Assembly (NCBI GenBank): GCA_012026655.1
Contig: JAAILG010000875.1
Location: forward strand, 1 to 64,000
Reading direction: 5' to 3'
DNA: 64,000 nt
Source: Hydrolagus affinis
Lineage: Eukaryota
In this document: in pieces, positions 40,211-53,680 of the stretch
Layout of the letters: each line of letters opens with the position of its first letter
How positions within the stretch are numbered: the first letter of the stretch is position 1
The notes under the pieces: model-generated
What the model saw: the letters and a program-made list of their open reading frames with translations, nothing else
Told to the model about the DNA's origin: nothing
Database searches by the model: none
Made by a program: the position numbers and the translations under genes

Positions 40211-42479
40211 CTTGCTGTTGTTGTGTACTTTCTGTATTACACTATTTTTCAATCTGAGTAGATATCTTTGCCTTTAAAAGTACAGCTACTCTCCACTACA
40301 GCTACTGAATCCTGTGAAGCAATTTTTCCTTAGGAAGTAAGGCATCTCTCTTATTTTCTCACGATATACAAAGCACTATGTGAAATGCAAAGATTATTGT
40401 ATTACCTTAACACAAGTATCAGCCCACAAATCAATGCCTTCTATTTTCTAAGTGCCTGGATATGATCAGATAACAATATAAATTTAGTTACTCACAATTT
40501 TATCTCTTAGCAGTAGCTGTATCTCTAACAGCAAACTAAATGCGCCCTTTCAGCAGGATTTTACGTGTAGTTTTGTTAATTTTTTCTAAAAATATTTCAA
40601 CGCTACTTTCTGAATAAAGCAATGTTGTTGCATGGTAGGAATGTTAGGAAGTGAGTTAGACACTGTTTGCAAGATCCTGCAGCACTATTCCTTACATAAA
40701 CCCAGCAATATTATTGTTAAAATTAACCAAAGGAACATTGGGCCTATAGTTTTTAATGAGACTTAACTTGATCCTGAAAATATGAATTGGAAAACTAATG
40801 GTATCCTCTATATGTAAACTAACTCAGGATATTAATCCAAATTGATGATAAATGTAGAGGTAAGATACTTCTGCATGTTAAGGATGCTCACAATGTTTAC
40901 AATCAGACCCAGTTTAATTGGATGTAGACTGGCACTAAAAATGTCCCAGGGGAATCTAAACATAAAGTGTTAAACTGACAAGTGAACCTCTTGCTATTTC
41001 TCAGTGGTAACGCTGAGAAAGTGATCCCAAAGTAACCACCCAAAAACCATTCACCTGGAAGAAATTCATTTGATGGAATCTCATTGGGTTGACAAATCAA
41101 CTGCAGTTCACTTTTGCCAATTCGGATTATTCTTTCAAACACTAAGAGTCGGAAACGGTCAGAATGATCAATAGGATTATGGTAAAAATTAAGGTTCTCA
41201 AACGGGCTGAGGTGCATGTCCTATTTAAGGAAGTAAATTAATACATTTGTCAAGATACAACATCTAGCTTACCCAGAATGACAAAGTGAGCTATCCCAAG
41301 AGAATTCATATGCATTAATAATACAGGAGAAAGTTTGGATGTATAATCCCTTTTCGTATTTTTTTATTAAATGAGATAATGTGTTTAAGAATGACATAGT
41401 ACAATATGATCATCTGTCCATGTGCATTTTTATGGGATGAACATATAGTATTTGTGAGAGTGTGCTGCTCCCTTAGTGGATGATGATAACTGACAACAAT
41501 GTGTTGTTTAGTAAGATAATTAAATACTGTATTGTATTCATACACAAGAAAAACTAATATCACTAATTCAAGAAGCTACAAGGCTTGATTACAGAATGGT
41601 GGCAACGAGTACAGTACTATTAAATCATACAATTACATTTTCAATTCTTTTGAACAAAGTTTAAATGTTATTATTGAGAAGCTAGTGTGCTTGTCAACAG
41701 CCTATGTGTCAAACATCTGTAAACGAATAATATGATGGAGAATGCAGAAATTGTAAAGTCAATCATGTATTGAAAGGCAGGACGTGTTGATTGAGGAGTA
41801 AGTACAATGTGTCAAACACACAGCAAGCTGCAAATATGTGAAATATAAATTTAAAATACTGCATGGGATTAAAAATGGGAAATTGTAAGGACGCTATAGT
41901 AAGACTGCTGCTTGTAGAAGAAGACAAGAACTTTTGGGTACATCTAGCTTGCCTGATACAGTCATTATATTGAAAAGCAACTACTTTTAAAGCATTTTGA
42001 GACATTGTGATACACCAAAAAGCTCACGGAGAAGATCAATCAAACACAGATACAGTATTTGACTTTTGACATCACCATGTTAAAAAACAGGATAAAACAA
42101 GGAAATTGACAATATTGATTGGATTCAACAACATTTATTTAGTGGCCTTCATGCAGGATACTATAGTGAAAATGCAGAATCTTAGACCAATTGAGGTGAG
42201 GAAATACAGTCCCCAACTTCACAATTTCCAATGTCTAAAATTATAATTGGCTTCATACAGATAAGTTGACTATGTACTCCCATGACTTTCAAAATCAGCT
42301 CTGGTAACCTTTGCTATTGCTCACAGGTCCAGAATAAAATGTCACGCTAAACTATATATTAAATTGAAAGGTTGTCAATTTTACACTTCTTATTAATACG
42401 ATAGTCAGAATATTCCATTCTTATTTCCTTATTTTAGTCACAATGAGAATAGTTGTATTGTATAATCCCTAAAATACTA

Positions 42480-42625
42480 ATCCTTACCTTATCCTTGTGA
42501 TATATTTGTTATATCACATTGGGAGGATGCCTCAAAGCATTTCACAGGATTTACTGTAAAGTGTAGTGACTGTGTGTATTTCATAGGCAAATGTGGTAGT
42601 CAATGTACACACAGCACATAGTCCC
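42480..42625 (-). mobile_element. SINE 3' fragment, decayed
   Basis: gatgcctcaaagcatttcacaggatttactgtaaagtgtagtgactg...gtcaatgtacacacagca. Confidence 0.6.
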
Positions 42626-44335
42626 TCAATAGTTTAAGTAATATGTGACTTGTTTTGAAATTTTAATCAAGATTTTAAAAACCTGCAATTGTTCAACTTT
42701 TTTCAATTTAAATTTAAAACATTGCAATACATAACATTTTAGTTTCTTCCCAACATTAATTAATGGGAGTAAGAGGAGATATATTCTTGCAAATGTGATA
42801 CTTTATCACTAATAATACATTGTGTTATTTCCTGGTTTATCATACAAAATCTTGCAGTGATTACATAAATTGTTGTTCCTTCAGCTTGGATATCCTCGCA
42901 AACGACACCAGAACAAAGAGCAAAGGCTAGAAATGATTCTTGCAAATACCCACAGCTGGAAAAATATAATGCCTCAAAACTGTTTTTTTAAAAGAAAAAC
43001 TCCTGTGAACTCATTATAACAAAAATGCATAAATGCAAGCAATTTCAAGGTTATTATCAGATGTTTCTCAATCTCTGGAGGCTCTTTTTGTAAACTCAAT
43101 GAAACATACGTTGTTTATGCGTACTGATAGCAGAACTTTGACTTCCATGCTCAGCCAAAAAGCTTCCTGAGATGCATATTTCCAAGTTTCAATCCTGCAG
43201 AGTTGAGCTACCACTAATAATGTCAACACAATCCTGGAATCTGATTGCCTAAGGAGCTGTTGGTACTTAAAGCACAAGTATAATCATCATATATTTTTAA
43301 TGCAGGGTATTTTAAACTGAAATCACCCAAGTGTTTGGCAATTTTTAAACTACAATTATAATTTTTTAACACGCTTAAATTACTTCATTCTAAAACTAAA
43401 TTAAGACCTCTTACAACAATACTGTATATTTTTATATGAGGTTTTGCCTCAATCCCAACAACAACTTGCACTTATACAGCACCCTCCGCACAGGGCTTCT
43501 CATCCCAGAGCTAACACCCCATTTCTTCACTGTATAAACCTGCCTTAAGGCTCATCACTTTGACCATGTTTTCAGCCACCTTTCCCCTCTCCTCCTCAAG
43601 TACACCCCATCTCAGTGCTTTGAAACATCATCCTAATGGAAAGGCTCAGTATATATCTATATCTATATTTATATCTGTACTGTATATAAAACTGTTGCTT
43701 TTCAAATTGGAGAATGCATTTATATACAGAGTTAGGTTATTTTCAAACTATATTTCTATACTTAGATAGGCTATGTTGTGGAACTTTTTTCTTACAAAAC
43801 AAATTCCTTAAGTCTTTGAAGCATTCCTGTATAATCAATATTTTTTTTTAAAAGCAGGTGGCCAAATGTTACATGCAATATTCCAGATATGGAGCCAGTA
43901 TGGATCTTTATGGAGTTAGAAAAATTTATTTATACCTTGGTTCAAATGCCTTACAAAGTGGCACATGACAAGCTTTCTTGTGAACTGTCAACTTTTCCCT
44001 TCGTATCTGAGACTGCCCTGGAAATGAATGAATACCTTTCAGCTGCTTTGGCCAGACATTTGTTTTCCTTTGGCATATCAAAGAAAGTAGGTGAATGGAA
44101 ATAGATTACTGCTGAAACATTGACAGCAGGTATTATGTCCCCCTTGACTGAGGAACCTGGAAGCTGACCTAGAGAATAAAGGGAAATAGTGTACAGTATT
44201 GATAAATAATAAATTTTTAGTCATTCCTTTCCTGATGGTGTTCATTCAGATATACCACGTGATCATTCCACAGATGCCCTTTGGAACCCTACCTAAGAGA
44301 CCAGCGAGTCTTGGGAAAATATGCATCATGGGAGA

Positions 44336-44586
44336 CATCACGGCCATGCCAACTCTGTCTCAACCAACATCAACACGCACACTTCCCAGCAGGTGTTACT
44401 GATTAACATGCAACTGTGCAAACCTGGCTAGATTTTTCTTCCTTCTGCATTGCCCAAGGGTGCAAGTCCAATTGTCAACTTGCTACTGCCAGCTGGACTA
44501 GGATCAGATTGCTCAGAATCTGGGACCTAACCAATCTGTATGGGACAGTTTCACACTGACAAGCACTGCTTTGATTCAACAAGCCA
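44336..44586 (-). mobile_element. Ancient SINE (AmnSINE2-like family), decayed
   Basis: catcacggcc...acacgcacacttcccagcagg...aacctggctagattttt..ccttc...cccaaggg...ctgggacct..ctgtatgg is the reverse-complement counterpart of 48855-49135. Confidence 0.5.
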
Positions 44587-46335
44587 ACAGCAAAATGGAT
44601 TTAAGAATTTCTTGAGGATTTATTTTTGAGATATTCAAAACGCAGCATTCTAACAAATTTACCATTTGATTTCTTATGCTTATCACAATTGTAGCTTGCA
44701 CCAGCTCTCCATTCTGACCTAAATTGGGAAAAAATAAAATACAAACAACAACAAAATTAGATTTGCATAGCTCCTTTCATGTCGGGAGGAAAAGGATACA
44801 ATGGGAAACCACATTTCAACACAACTATGATTTTGCCTAAGGCAGGATGTAAAAATATTGTAATTTCTGTATTTTTTAATACATATAATTCATACCACAT
44901 AATTAAGAATAATCAAAATTATGTAGTTATTGAAATGTTTTGAAACATTAGCAAAATAATTTTATGTTGCCATCTGTATCACCATTAGGTACAGGTTGCG
45001 ATCTACAAAGCATAATAACTAATCATTTATATTCATCTCCATGATACTAATACTTAAAATAAGCTAAAGTAATTTTTTCTTTTTGACAGATTCATATTGA
45101 AAAGATATTCAATCTATTATTAAATATTACATTAAAATATATGTTGCTGATGATAGAAAATCCATTTATGGTCCAAAAAGTTCATTAGAGTAAGCAAATG
45201 GCATACATTAAACCCTGTCTCCAGCCCCTTAGGACCTCCTCCTAACATGAAAGGCGCTACAAAAATGTAATTTGTTGTTGTTGTCTCTATATATGCTCTA
45301 ACCCAATAGTAAATGATTCTTTTCTCTCACTCTATAGTTGCTGGTACTGTAAACATGCAGCTGTCTTTATCGAATACTCAAGGGCACATTTTGTTTGATC
45401 CACCTGTGAACATGGTAAATGTGTTTCCAGTAGCTCTCATCAGTTTGTTCGACCTAGACGATTAAAGGTAAGATTCAACAATCTTCCTCCTGGGTTTGGG
45501 GGAATGATAAGAGGATCAACTTAATACTTTCTTGTGGCAAAGGACTTTATCAAACACTTTCAAATATTGCTGTCAGATATCCAATCATTTTCTAAATTTC
45601 CCCCAAAAGCAAACAATGCCAGGGTATTACATTTAAACTGTGCAAAACTGCCAACTCATTTTTGAAAAATGGATTCAATGATTATTTTGTGTTAGTTCAT
45701 ATGGCATATTCCCAGCATTATTTGAGGTGGGACAAATAAATGAGAAATTCCCATCAAGTGAGCAATGGTATTGATTCAGTTTCATTTTCTTTGCCGATTT
45801 AAATGTTTCAAACAAGACTGACAATAAAGTCTTTCTTTTAAACTAATGTTACTAAATGCAATTAAAACAGGTGCATACTATGGTAATTTTTTTCTGTTGG
45901 AACCCCCTTTACTTTTATATATTCAACAATTATAGAAAATCATTATAATATACCACTGAACCCAAATTTCCAAAGAGTTAATCGTATTTTTATACTAGAA
46001 GGAATGAGATTAACAAAAATACCAAACTGACGGAAATCTGTGTTCATTAAATTCTGCAAAAACATTATACAGTATTGACTAACAAGTTCATGGGTCTAAA
46101 TGTACAATGACCTATTTTGTGTTTTCATTCTTTTTGTCAGTACTCTGCTGTGCATCACAAATTCTGAAACACTAAAAGCTGTTGAATTTTAGTACTTTGG
46201 TCACAAAATTTCTACAGATGGCACTGTGTATATCCAGGAAAATAATAGGCAACATGGAATTCATCCAACATCACTTTTTTGCTGCCAAGTGCAAAATGTG
46301 TAAGAAATGACATTATTTCAGGACGAGGCTGCCTA

Positions 46336-46352
46336 GCACTCCATCTAGTGGA
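46336..46352 (-). promoter_or_regulatory. Candidate CTCF site (CCACTAGATGGAGTGC)
   Basis: Core CCACTAGATGG matches the CTCF motif; motif match only. Confidence 0.4.
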
Positions 46353-46519
46353 TTTCCAGATATTGTGAACTTTTTGTTACATGGGTGTTTATGACAGATG
46401 GTGAATTTCGAATGATTTATGTGAACCGTCTGATAGAGATTGGTGTCAATTGATCAGATGTTTTAAAAATAGCAGGTCTGTAGTGCTCCACAGTTTTATA
46501 AAATAAAGTGGAGACATTT

Positions 46520-46660
46520 TATAGAACTGTGGAATTTTACATTTATGAGAAGGCCATTCAGCCCATCGCATCTGGGCTGTCATGTTTAAAGAGCAATCCT
46601 TTCAGTCCCGTTTACCTGCCCTTTCCGCCACATCTTGTAGCTTATTTATTTAGATATCTA
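46520..46660 (-). mobile_element. CR1-clade LINE 3' end, older
   Basis: atagaa...gaaggccattcagcccatcg...aaagagcaatcc is the reverse complement of the CR1 stem-loop tail. Confidence 0.7.
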
Positions 46661-47539
46661 TCAGGTTGTACTTTGAAATCATATACTGCAGTTTGGGAAA
46701 TTTACCTCCAAATACTGTATATGGTTACTACATTTTATTGAAAAGTTTGTGAAGGGCTTTAAGGCATTGACATTATAGACACTATATCATTATTTGTTCA
46801 TTACTAAATACTAGAACACATTATATAACTTGTCTTGTCCACCACAGTGTAGCATTTCTAACACTAGGCAATATACTGTATAAAACAAGTTCAGATTTTT
46901 GTCTATTTATTTGTTTATCGATAAGAATTTGCTTTTAATGCTTTTTCTCTTGCAGTAAAATTCTCTTATATATAAAAGCCTAGGCATAGAAAACCACTTG
47001 CAAATAGATGATCCTGTATATAAATTTACTCCATTTGAAAGCTTACCGGATACATTAGAGCATAATGCATGGCAACATGGAGTGGTATTTTACAGCTATG
47101 TACATGCCCATATTTATAGTTCAGAATGCTAGAAATGTTGTGCACACACAGAAAATCCTAGTGAACTAGTTTACTAATAGTCATGCCATAGATTTTGCTT
47201 TTCTTTCTGTGATTGTTTTGTTGTAAAATTTAGATGGTTTCAAATTTAATATCAATCTGACATTTTGAGGTCTGCACCCTCACATCCTTGTTTTGCTTAG
47301 TTTCTCTCCTTACAAGTTCACTGGGAAGGGCAAAATATGCCCTGTGCTCCATCAAAGCTGACCATCAAAGCTATTATTGGCCAGTCACACGAGAGAAGCC
47401 TGTTGAACATTTCTCTACATTTTTCCTCTTGTTTCCAGGAGCATCATTAATTGACAAATCAATTTGCTGCAATGTAGGATATACACTAAGTAACAATTTA
47501 CAATGCTACAAATTGCAGCCAACTAGAAACCTGGATCTG

Positions 47540-47656
47540 CCCAAACAAGACCCATATAGCCATCAGCAAGAGATGAATTTCATCCTCTTAGCCTAGATTT
47601 GATTTAAGGCTACATTCCCCAGATGAAATGACAGTACTGTAACTCACTGGGCCACC
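47540..47656 (-). mobile_element. Possible LF-SINE-like head fragment
   Basis: Minus strand ggtggcccagtgagttacagtactgtcatttcatct...aaatcaaatctaggc..ggatgaaattcatctcttgctgatggct; recalled similarity only. Confidence 0.35.
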
Positions 47657-48854
47657 AAAACCTCATCAAACCGATTATTAATCTTTATTGATAGAATATT
47701 GTATTTCCATACAACAGTGGACTTTGATGTGAAGATTCAATGTTACTTCTCTTTTATAGCATACCAGGGTTAGGGTTAGGGTCATATCATGTGGGAAATA
47801 TTGCAGGGTGCACAATGGATATTTGAAGCATAATCATGTAGGACCAAAGTCTATTTAATGGAAATTATCTGTATCTACTCTGATCATATTTAAAATATTC
47901 AATGTTAATACAGTGTATCCAGATGCATAAATGTCTTAACTTGCACATTCAATCAGATATTACTGTACATATATTGCTATATGGCTGAAATAGTGAAAGA
48001 CAATATTTTACAGACCAGCTTGGCTAACATATAGGTATTCTATGCAGAAAATACTCGAAAAATTTCCAATACTGCAATTTACAAATTGGCCAGTACAGAG
48101 AAAATCTCACCACACCTACTCACTCATCATTATGTTTTATCTGCCACCTCTCATATATTTTCCTTTCCCAGATAAATAATGTTCAAATGATGCTGCAAAT
48201 AACGCACTATTCACAGACCACTTTGATCAATGCCTACATGCCAGGAATTAATATGAATATGTATTTAGATAAGCTCCAAGTACTATGGTTTGTGAATAAA
48301 AATGGAATAGTATAAGTGCAAATTGTTGATTTATAAATAGAACAGCACTTTAAAAGAAACATTTTACAATAATTACAAAATGGACCTGCAATGAATAAAT
48401 TGGGAAATGGTGTCGTCAAGTATCCAGTTGGAATTAAGGCCTGGATTGACCACATGTAAAGTGCATTACTTTACATTGTAAATCAGAACCCTTCATATAG
48501 CAATTCAATACTTCTTCCCAATGACCTCCAAAAAAGAATGTACATCTTTAATGCCATGATGTGCGAGTCCTTTCTTAAAGGACTATAACTTAAAAGCTTG
48601 ATTGCAGTTCCTATTTTAGAAGTTGTTGCTTCTTCTATTGAGTGTTTCAGTATCATTACTTCTGTAACTATATTTCTTATAGTGTAGTACTGTATTTTTT
48701 TAGGATTCCTATTACTCAACATATAGAAAGGATTAGTCACATATGGTTGCAGCATGAACAAAAGCATGAACATTTAATCCCAAAATATTCAATTTACTGA
48801 ATAAAATATTTCATAAATAACTTGCCTAATGTTTTAGAGTTTATCTATTGAGTA

Positions 48855-49135
48855 ACTGAATCACACAGCCCAGGAAGCTCCAAAGCCTGATCCTTGCCTG
48901 TGCTCAGTAAACCAAGGCTAACCATATTGACAGTAGGATTCTTTACTTGACCTGAGTACCTATGGGCTAGGGAGGGGAAATTGAAGCCAAGGCACTGGCT
49001 CCAGTTCATTATCCAATGGAAGCATGTTGTACCTACATCAGCTAAGGCCATAATGGAGGTTGGATGTGATCTTTTCCTCTCATCCCTGTACCTGCCAACA
49101 CTTGCTGTCACACATGAATAATGGCCTCTTGGAAG
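48855..49135 (+). mobile_element. Ancient SINE (AmnSINE2-like family)
   Basis: ccaggaagctcc...gatccttgcctgtgctcagt...tgggctagggaggggaaa...agccaagg...cacatgaataatggcc. Confidence 0.55.
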
Positions 49136-50847
49136 TTGACCATTATCTATGCAACTATAATGTAGCAAGACAGCAACATATTTTGGAGTGTGGTGGATGG
49201 AAGAAACCCAGTGAGAGAAATCCCCCCTCCACCAACACTGACACACGCTCACGGCTTTAAATCGGGTCATAGTCTGTTTTACGCTTCCCCTTAAATTGCT
49301 TATTTGATTCATGGCTATATTTAGCTTGAATTTTGTTCGCCCACAGAAAGTTGAAACAATTCAGACAGGTCAGTAGAGTCTGAAAATAATGGGCTTTCTT
49401 TCACTTCGTTTATTCTCTACTGCACATGTCAAATTTTGAATCTTTCAACCAATTTACCTCCAAGTATTCGGTCAAAGGAAGCGGCACATGGAAGTAAGGG
49501 TCCCGGTGATCTGCATTGCTTAGACTTAAAGCTTGGTTAATAGTCAAAGTAGCATCTAGTGAAATCTTCTGTGAAGCACATGGCTCTAGATCCAGATAGC
49601 CTATATATTCCACACAACTGATCAATAAAGGGTGTTTGCTTTTTCTCTGATGGTGATCTGCTTCAAAAACATAGGCAACTCCTCAGTGTAAGCATTTCAA
49701 TCTTTGGAGAATATCAGAACATCCTGTCAGCAATCACATTCTTTTCCGTAAAGTTGACTGAAAAACATTTACTATACAGTAGCTTCATCAGAAATTGTAT
49801 TCAAAAAACATACAGTGCTAACTCTTTATGGCTAATTTCTTATGTAAATTGGGAAATTAATGCTTATCAGTTTTCTATCAAGCTCATATCTGCTAAATTT
49901 ACAAGATTATCCTTCAAGCGAACAATTACCGTGTAAAGGTTATACTGCCATTGCACATTTTAGAAACCGTCTAGATCAGAATACATTTTAAATCAAGTTA
50001 TAAGCTATTAAGTATCTTAATTAAATATCTGTAAAATAAAGATTTTATATTAAAATAATATAATCTTAATCTCTAGGATTCTCTGTTCTTCAGTGATGAA
50101 TTCCATTTTTGTGTTCTTATACAACAAAGTGGACAAAGTGTTATGTTCAGTTTAAATTTCTATAACTTGTATATATGTATATATACATATACAGATAAGA
50201 TATTTATATACTGTTGAAACAAGATTTTTAAAAAAAATTCATTCTATTATTGTTCTAGAATACAAAAGGACAGTACTGTATATAGATTCTAGTCATTTAC
50301 ACATGCTAAATTTAAAAAGCAACAAAGTCTATTCCACAGGAGGAGCTATTATCAAAATGATGTACAGTTAGAAGATATAGTTTTTTTGGTGTGTTTTTAC
50401 CTTAAAGAATGCAATTAGGTGTGTTGCAATTGGTCCTTCAGCATCCCCAAATGCAGAAAGGATTCAGGTCTAGTGCACTCATCAGCTTTAATACCATTCA
50501 CTTTCACTGCAAGCTGCAGCTTAGGACACAGTCTGTTCCAGATAAAAACATTATCACCAACCAGTTCATTATCAATTAATCATTTCCATGATTATAATGG
50601 CGATGCAGGATGAAAAAAAAGCTAATAAAGTAGAAGTCAACTAGGATACGTCTCGTTCTAGGTTCAGTGCAGCTTACGTTTCTGCTCTTCTGGCTTCTGA
50701 GGCTTGTCATTTCACGAATAGCAAAGCTTACAACACCCTCCTGGCCGAGGAACCACAAGCTCAGCTTCACATTATGCACTGGGAGGAGTTTTGTCAGGTG
50801 ACAACACAGTTTCAAGTACAGTGCTGGTGTTAGTGTGAGAGAACCTT

Positions 50848-50861
50848 CTGGGAGATGTAGT
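50848..50861 (-). promoter_or_regulatory. ZNF143/SBS-type motif ACTACATCTCCCAG
   Basis: Matches ACTACAnnTCCCAG; lies in apparently non-repeat sequence ~170 bp from a minus-strand donor-like site. Confidence 0.4.
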
Positions 50862-51399
50862 TATTTTGTATTGCACTTCTTGCTCGTTGACATTTGTACT
50901 GTAATATCTTTCCAATCGTTTTGCACACTTCTCATTCGTTATTTCTGCCTATTTAAATAATTTGACGTTTCTTTATAAAAAATGTACAATTATTCATTGT
51001 AATAAAGCAATTGTTGGTGTACTGTAGTTGTAGCATAAAACCCAAATATAGTATAGGTACGTTGCCAGGTTTGACATTTTTTAACAAAAATATAGATGTG
51101 GTAAAGTTGGGCAGAATATTTCAAAATTAGCACAATTAGCAAATTATCCAGGTTTAGCATGAAACCTACCTCTCAAACATGAAATTAAAAGCTTTACAGA
51201 AAATGGCAGAAAGGGGTCATTTAATTTAAGAACTTGTTATTATGGCTATTAAGGAGAAACTTACTGTGCTTTGCAGCTGAGAAGGAACATCAAAAATGCC
51301 TATTCAATTCCCCGTCATCGCTAAAGTAGGTAAGTTTAATAAAAGTGGAAATTGTAAAATATCATCAGAGCATTGATAAGCGAATAATTTAGAAACATG

Positions 51400-51615
51400 A
51401 AAGAATGCATGTAGTGGTCATTTGAAAAGAGACGGGAGTTTCTCCTGGTATGCTGACCAACAATCCTCCAAATAAAACTCATGGCTATTTGTGGGACAAT
51501 GCTGTGTGAAAATTGGTTGCTGCGTTCACCCACAAAGTACAGTCATTCACTTTACAGTATATCTTGGGAAACTATTTGGGGCTTGCTGCTGACATGAAAG
51601 GCACTATACTAAATA
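51400..51615 (+). mobile_element. Deu-domain SINE 3' half
   Basis: tttgaaaagagacgggagtttctcctggtatgctgaccaac...tgtgggacaatgctgtgtgaaaattggttgctgcgtt...tgaaaggcactata. Confidence 0.75.
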
Positions 51616-51629
51616 TAGCATCTTAGAAT

Positions 51630-51985
51630 TGTCGAGACTTCTCAAAGTGCTTCAACCAATTTGCACACAGCAATGACCCACATCTACCTGAACAGACAGA
51701 CGAGACTTTAATAAAAACAGAGAGAGCTGGGAAAGCTCAGCAGGTCAGGCAGCATCTATGGAGAAAGGAAAGTGAGTCAACATTTTGGGTCCATGACCCT
51801 TCATCAGAATTCAACAGATGAGACTTTAGTTTGGGTCCTCCAACGCTACCTCTGACATTGCTGCACACTTGCAGCTCTGCACTGGAGTGTCAGCCTAGGT
51901 TATATGAGAACATAGTCCTCAAATTGGCCCTATACCCACAACTTGCTAACCTGAGGGCAAGAATGTTACCAACCGAGCCAGGCAT
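51630..51985 (-). mobile_element. Deu-domain SINE interrupted by the 51711-51813 insertion
   Basis: Minus strand tggctcggttggtaac (box A)...ctaggctgacactccagtgcag...gtcagaggt, continuing past the insertion as gtctcgtctgtctgttcaggtagatg. Confidence 0.75.
51711..51813 (-). mobile_element. ~103-bp Penelope-derived mini-element with a degenerate minimal hammerhead motif
   Basis: Flanked by acagaYgagacttta (51696-51710 and 51814-51828, 14/15 identical). Minus strand tgaatt-CTGATGA-a-gggtc-atg-gaccc-aAAA-tg-TT-gactca. The body gatgctgcctgacctgctgag is the typical shark Penelope terminus (recalled). Confidence 0.75.
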
Positions 51986-53680
51986 TACATTTAAAACATC
52001 CACCCTTTTGTTCGTACCACCTTCCTTTGTCTTCCACCACCTCCCTTGCTCGGGTCCCAATCTGCTGTGTGAAGCAGTTTGTAATACCTCTCAATACGAA
52101 AGGCACTATATAAATGTAAATTGTAAGTCATGCAGTTTCTTCTGTGCCTCCGTCCATTTCTTTGAATGGTGCAGAAATAGCTACTCCTGTTTGACGCATC
52201 ACTCAACAATTGCAACATTACATATAAGGTTTGGGGACTCGTTTTCCTATCAAATATATAAAAAATATATGATGGAGCTGCTCCATTATTATGCCCCACA
52301 AATCAGACCTGGTAAATTTGCTGTTTCATCTTTTTTCCCCACTTTAGAATCTGCACTCCATGACTTTTTGAATTTTATAGTACTCAAGTGGCTTGTTAGC
52401 TGGTTTAGAAGTGGGCAGTATCCATTATCACAGGTGCATCATTATTGTCATCTGTACTTTTATTAACAAATTTTCACTGAGGAATTTCGGAATACTATGC
52501 CACCATACATTTTATATTTTAAATAATTAGTACACAAGTTTTCTCATTTAAAAAAGTAATGTCAGCAAGTTTTTTAAAAACAGTTAACTTGAAATGAAAT
52601 ATTTTTACAGTACACACATATTAATCAGCGTACCTCTTGAATAATTATTCATACTAACAAGCTAACCTTACTAATAAGTTATTTTAAGAGCTCAAAACAA
52701 TTGTACTTTTCTTTTATCTACTTCTAATCACACCAGTTGATTTATTTTCTCGCTATTGTAGTATTTGTCAAATGCAAGAATGATTATTATTACGATTACT
52801 TTACTGCAAGAGTGTGGGAGACATAGCTCAGAATTCTATTGAAACCTGAAATATGTGGTCCAAATTTAGTTTAGTTGTGCTTACTCTGAATCTCCGCTGT
52901 ACACCTGTGTACTTTCTGTACAGTACCTGCTCTAACCCCTGTTCAATAGGCTTCATCTAGGTCCTTTGTGTGCCATTAGTTACAAGAGGCTCCTCCAGGT
53001 GGCTCAGTTTAATGGGAATAAAAATCAACACCATTTACATGCTCAACATTAGAACCATTACCATAGCCTTAAGTGCATTCTGTAGTGACACTCATAACTT
53101 TACATAGTATATCAGGATAACTTCACAAGCAAGCAGGTAGGTAAGTTTTTTTTCGTCTTTAGCCCAATTTACAGCTGAATTGCATCAGCACTCAGTGGTA
53201 TAGATTTTTCGCTATAACATGCTTCACAGTACAATGGATATATTCTATGTTCAGTTTGTTATAAACTGCCCAACTCAAAGCACACATTCTCACCTCATTT
53301 TAAAATCACATAATTCTACTTAATCTTCTTAAATATTTTTGTTGGAAAAAAGTACAGAGAAAACAATAATCTGCAGCCTCTCACTGCCCCCCCACACATA
53401 TAGAAAATTAAACAAAAAAGACATGAAGGATTTGACTAAGCCACACGGCTTGGAAAAACAGATAATCACCAATAATACAATATGACATTCTGAGACCATC
53501 CTGCAGACTTGCCAGACATGGGGTCCCATCGCACACAAAATGCTTTCAGTTACAGAATATACTGTCAATTCCCCAGAGAGCATGTCGCATGGATTATTCT
53601 TCTGCACTGTTTAAAAGGCCCTTCAAGGCACAACTGACAAGTGGCAGGTTATCAAGAAATGACTATGCAATAGAGTCATG

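Noticed and set aside
47767-47781. gggttagggttaggg telomere-like repeat
   Set aside because: Only about 2.5 units, too short to call an interstitial telomeric site.
51831-52466. 211-aa ORF, the longest after HS3ST1-like
   Set aside because: Non-ATG start, runs through an antisense Deu-SINE and an L2 tail, and has no recognisable domain.
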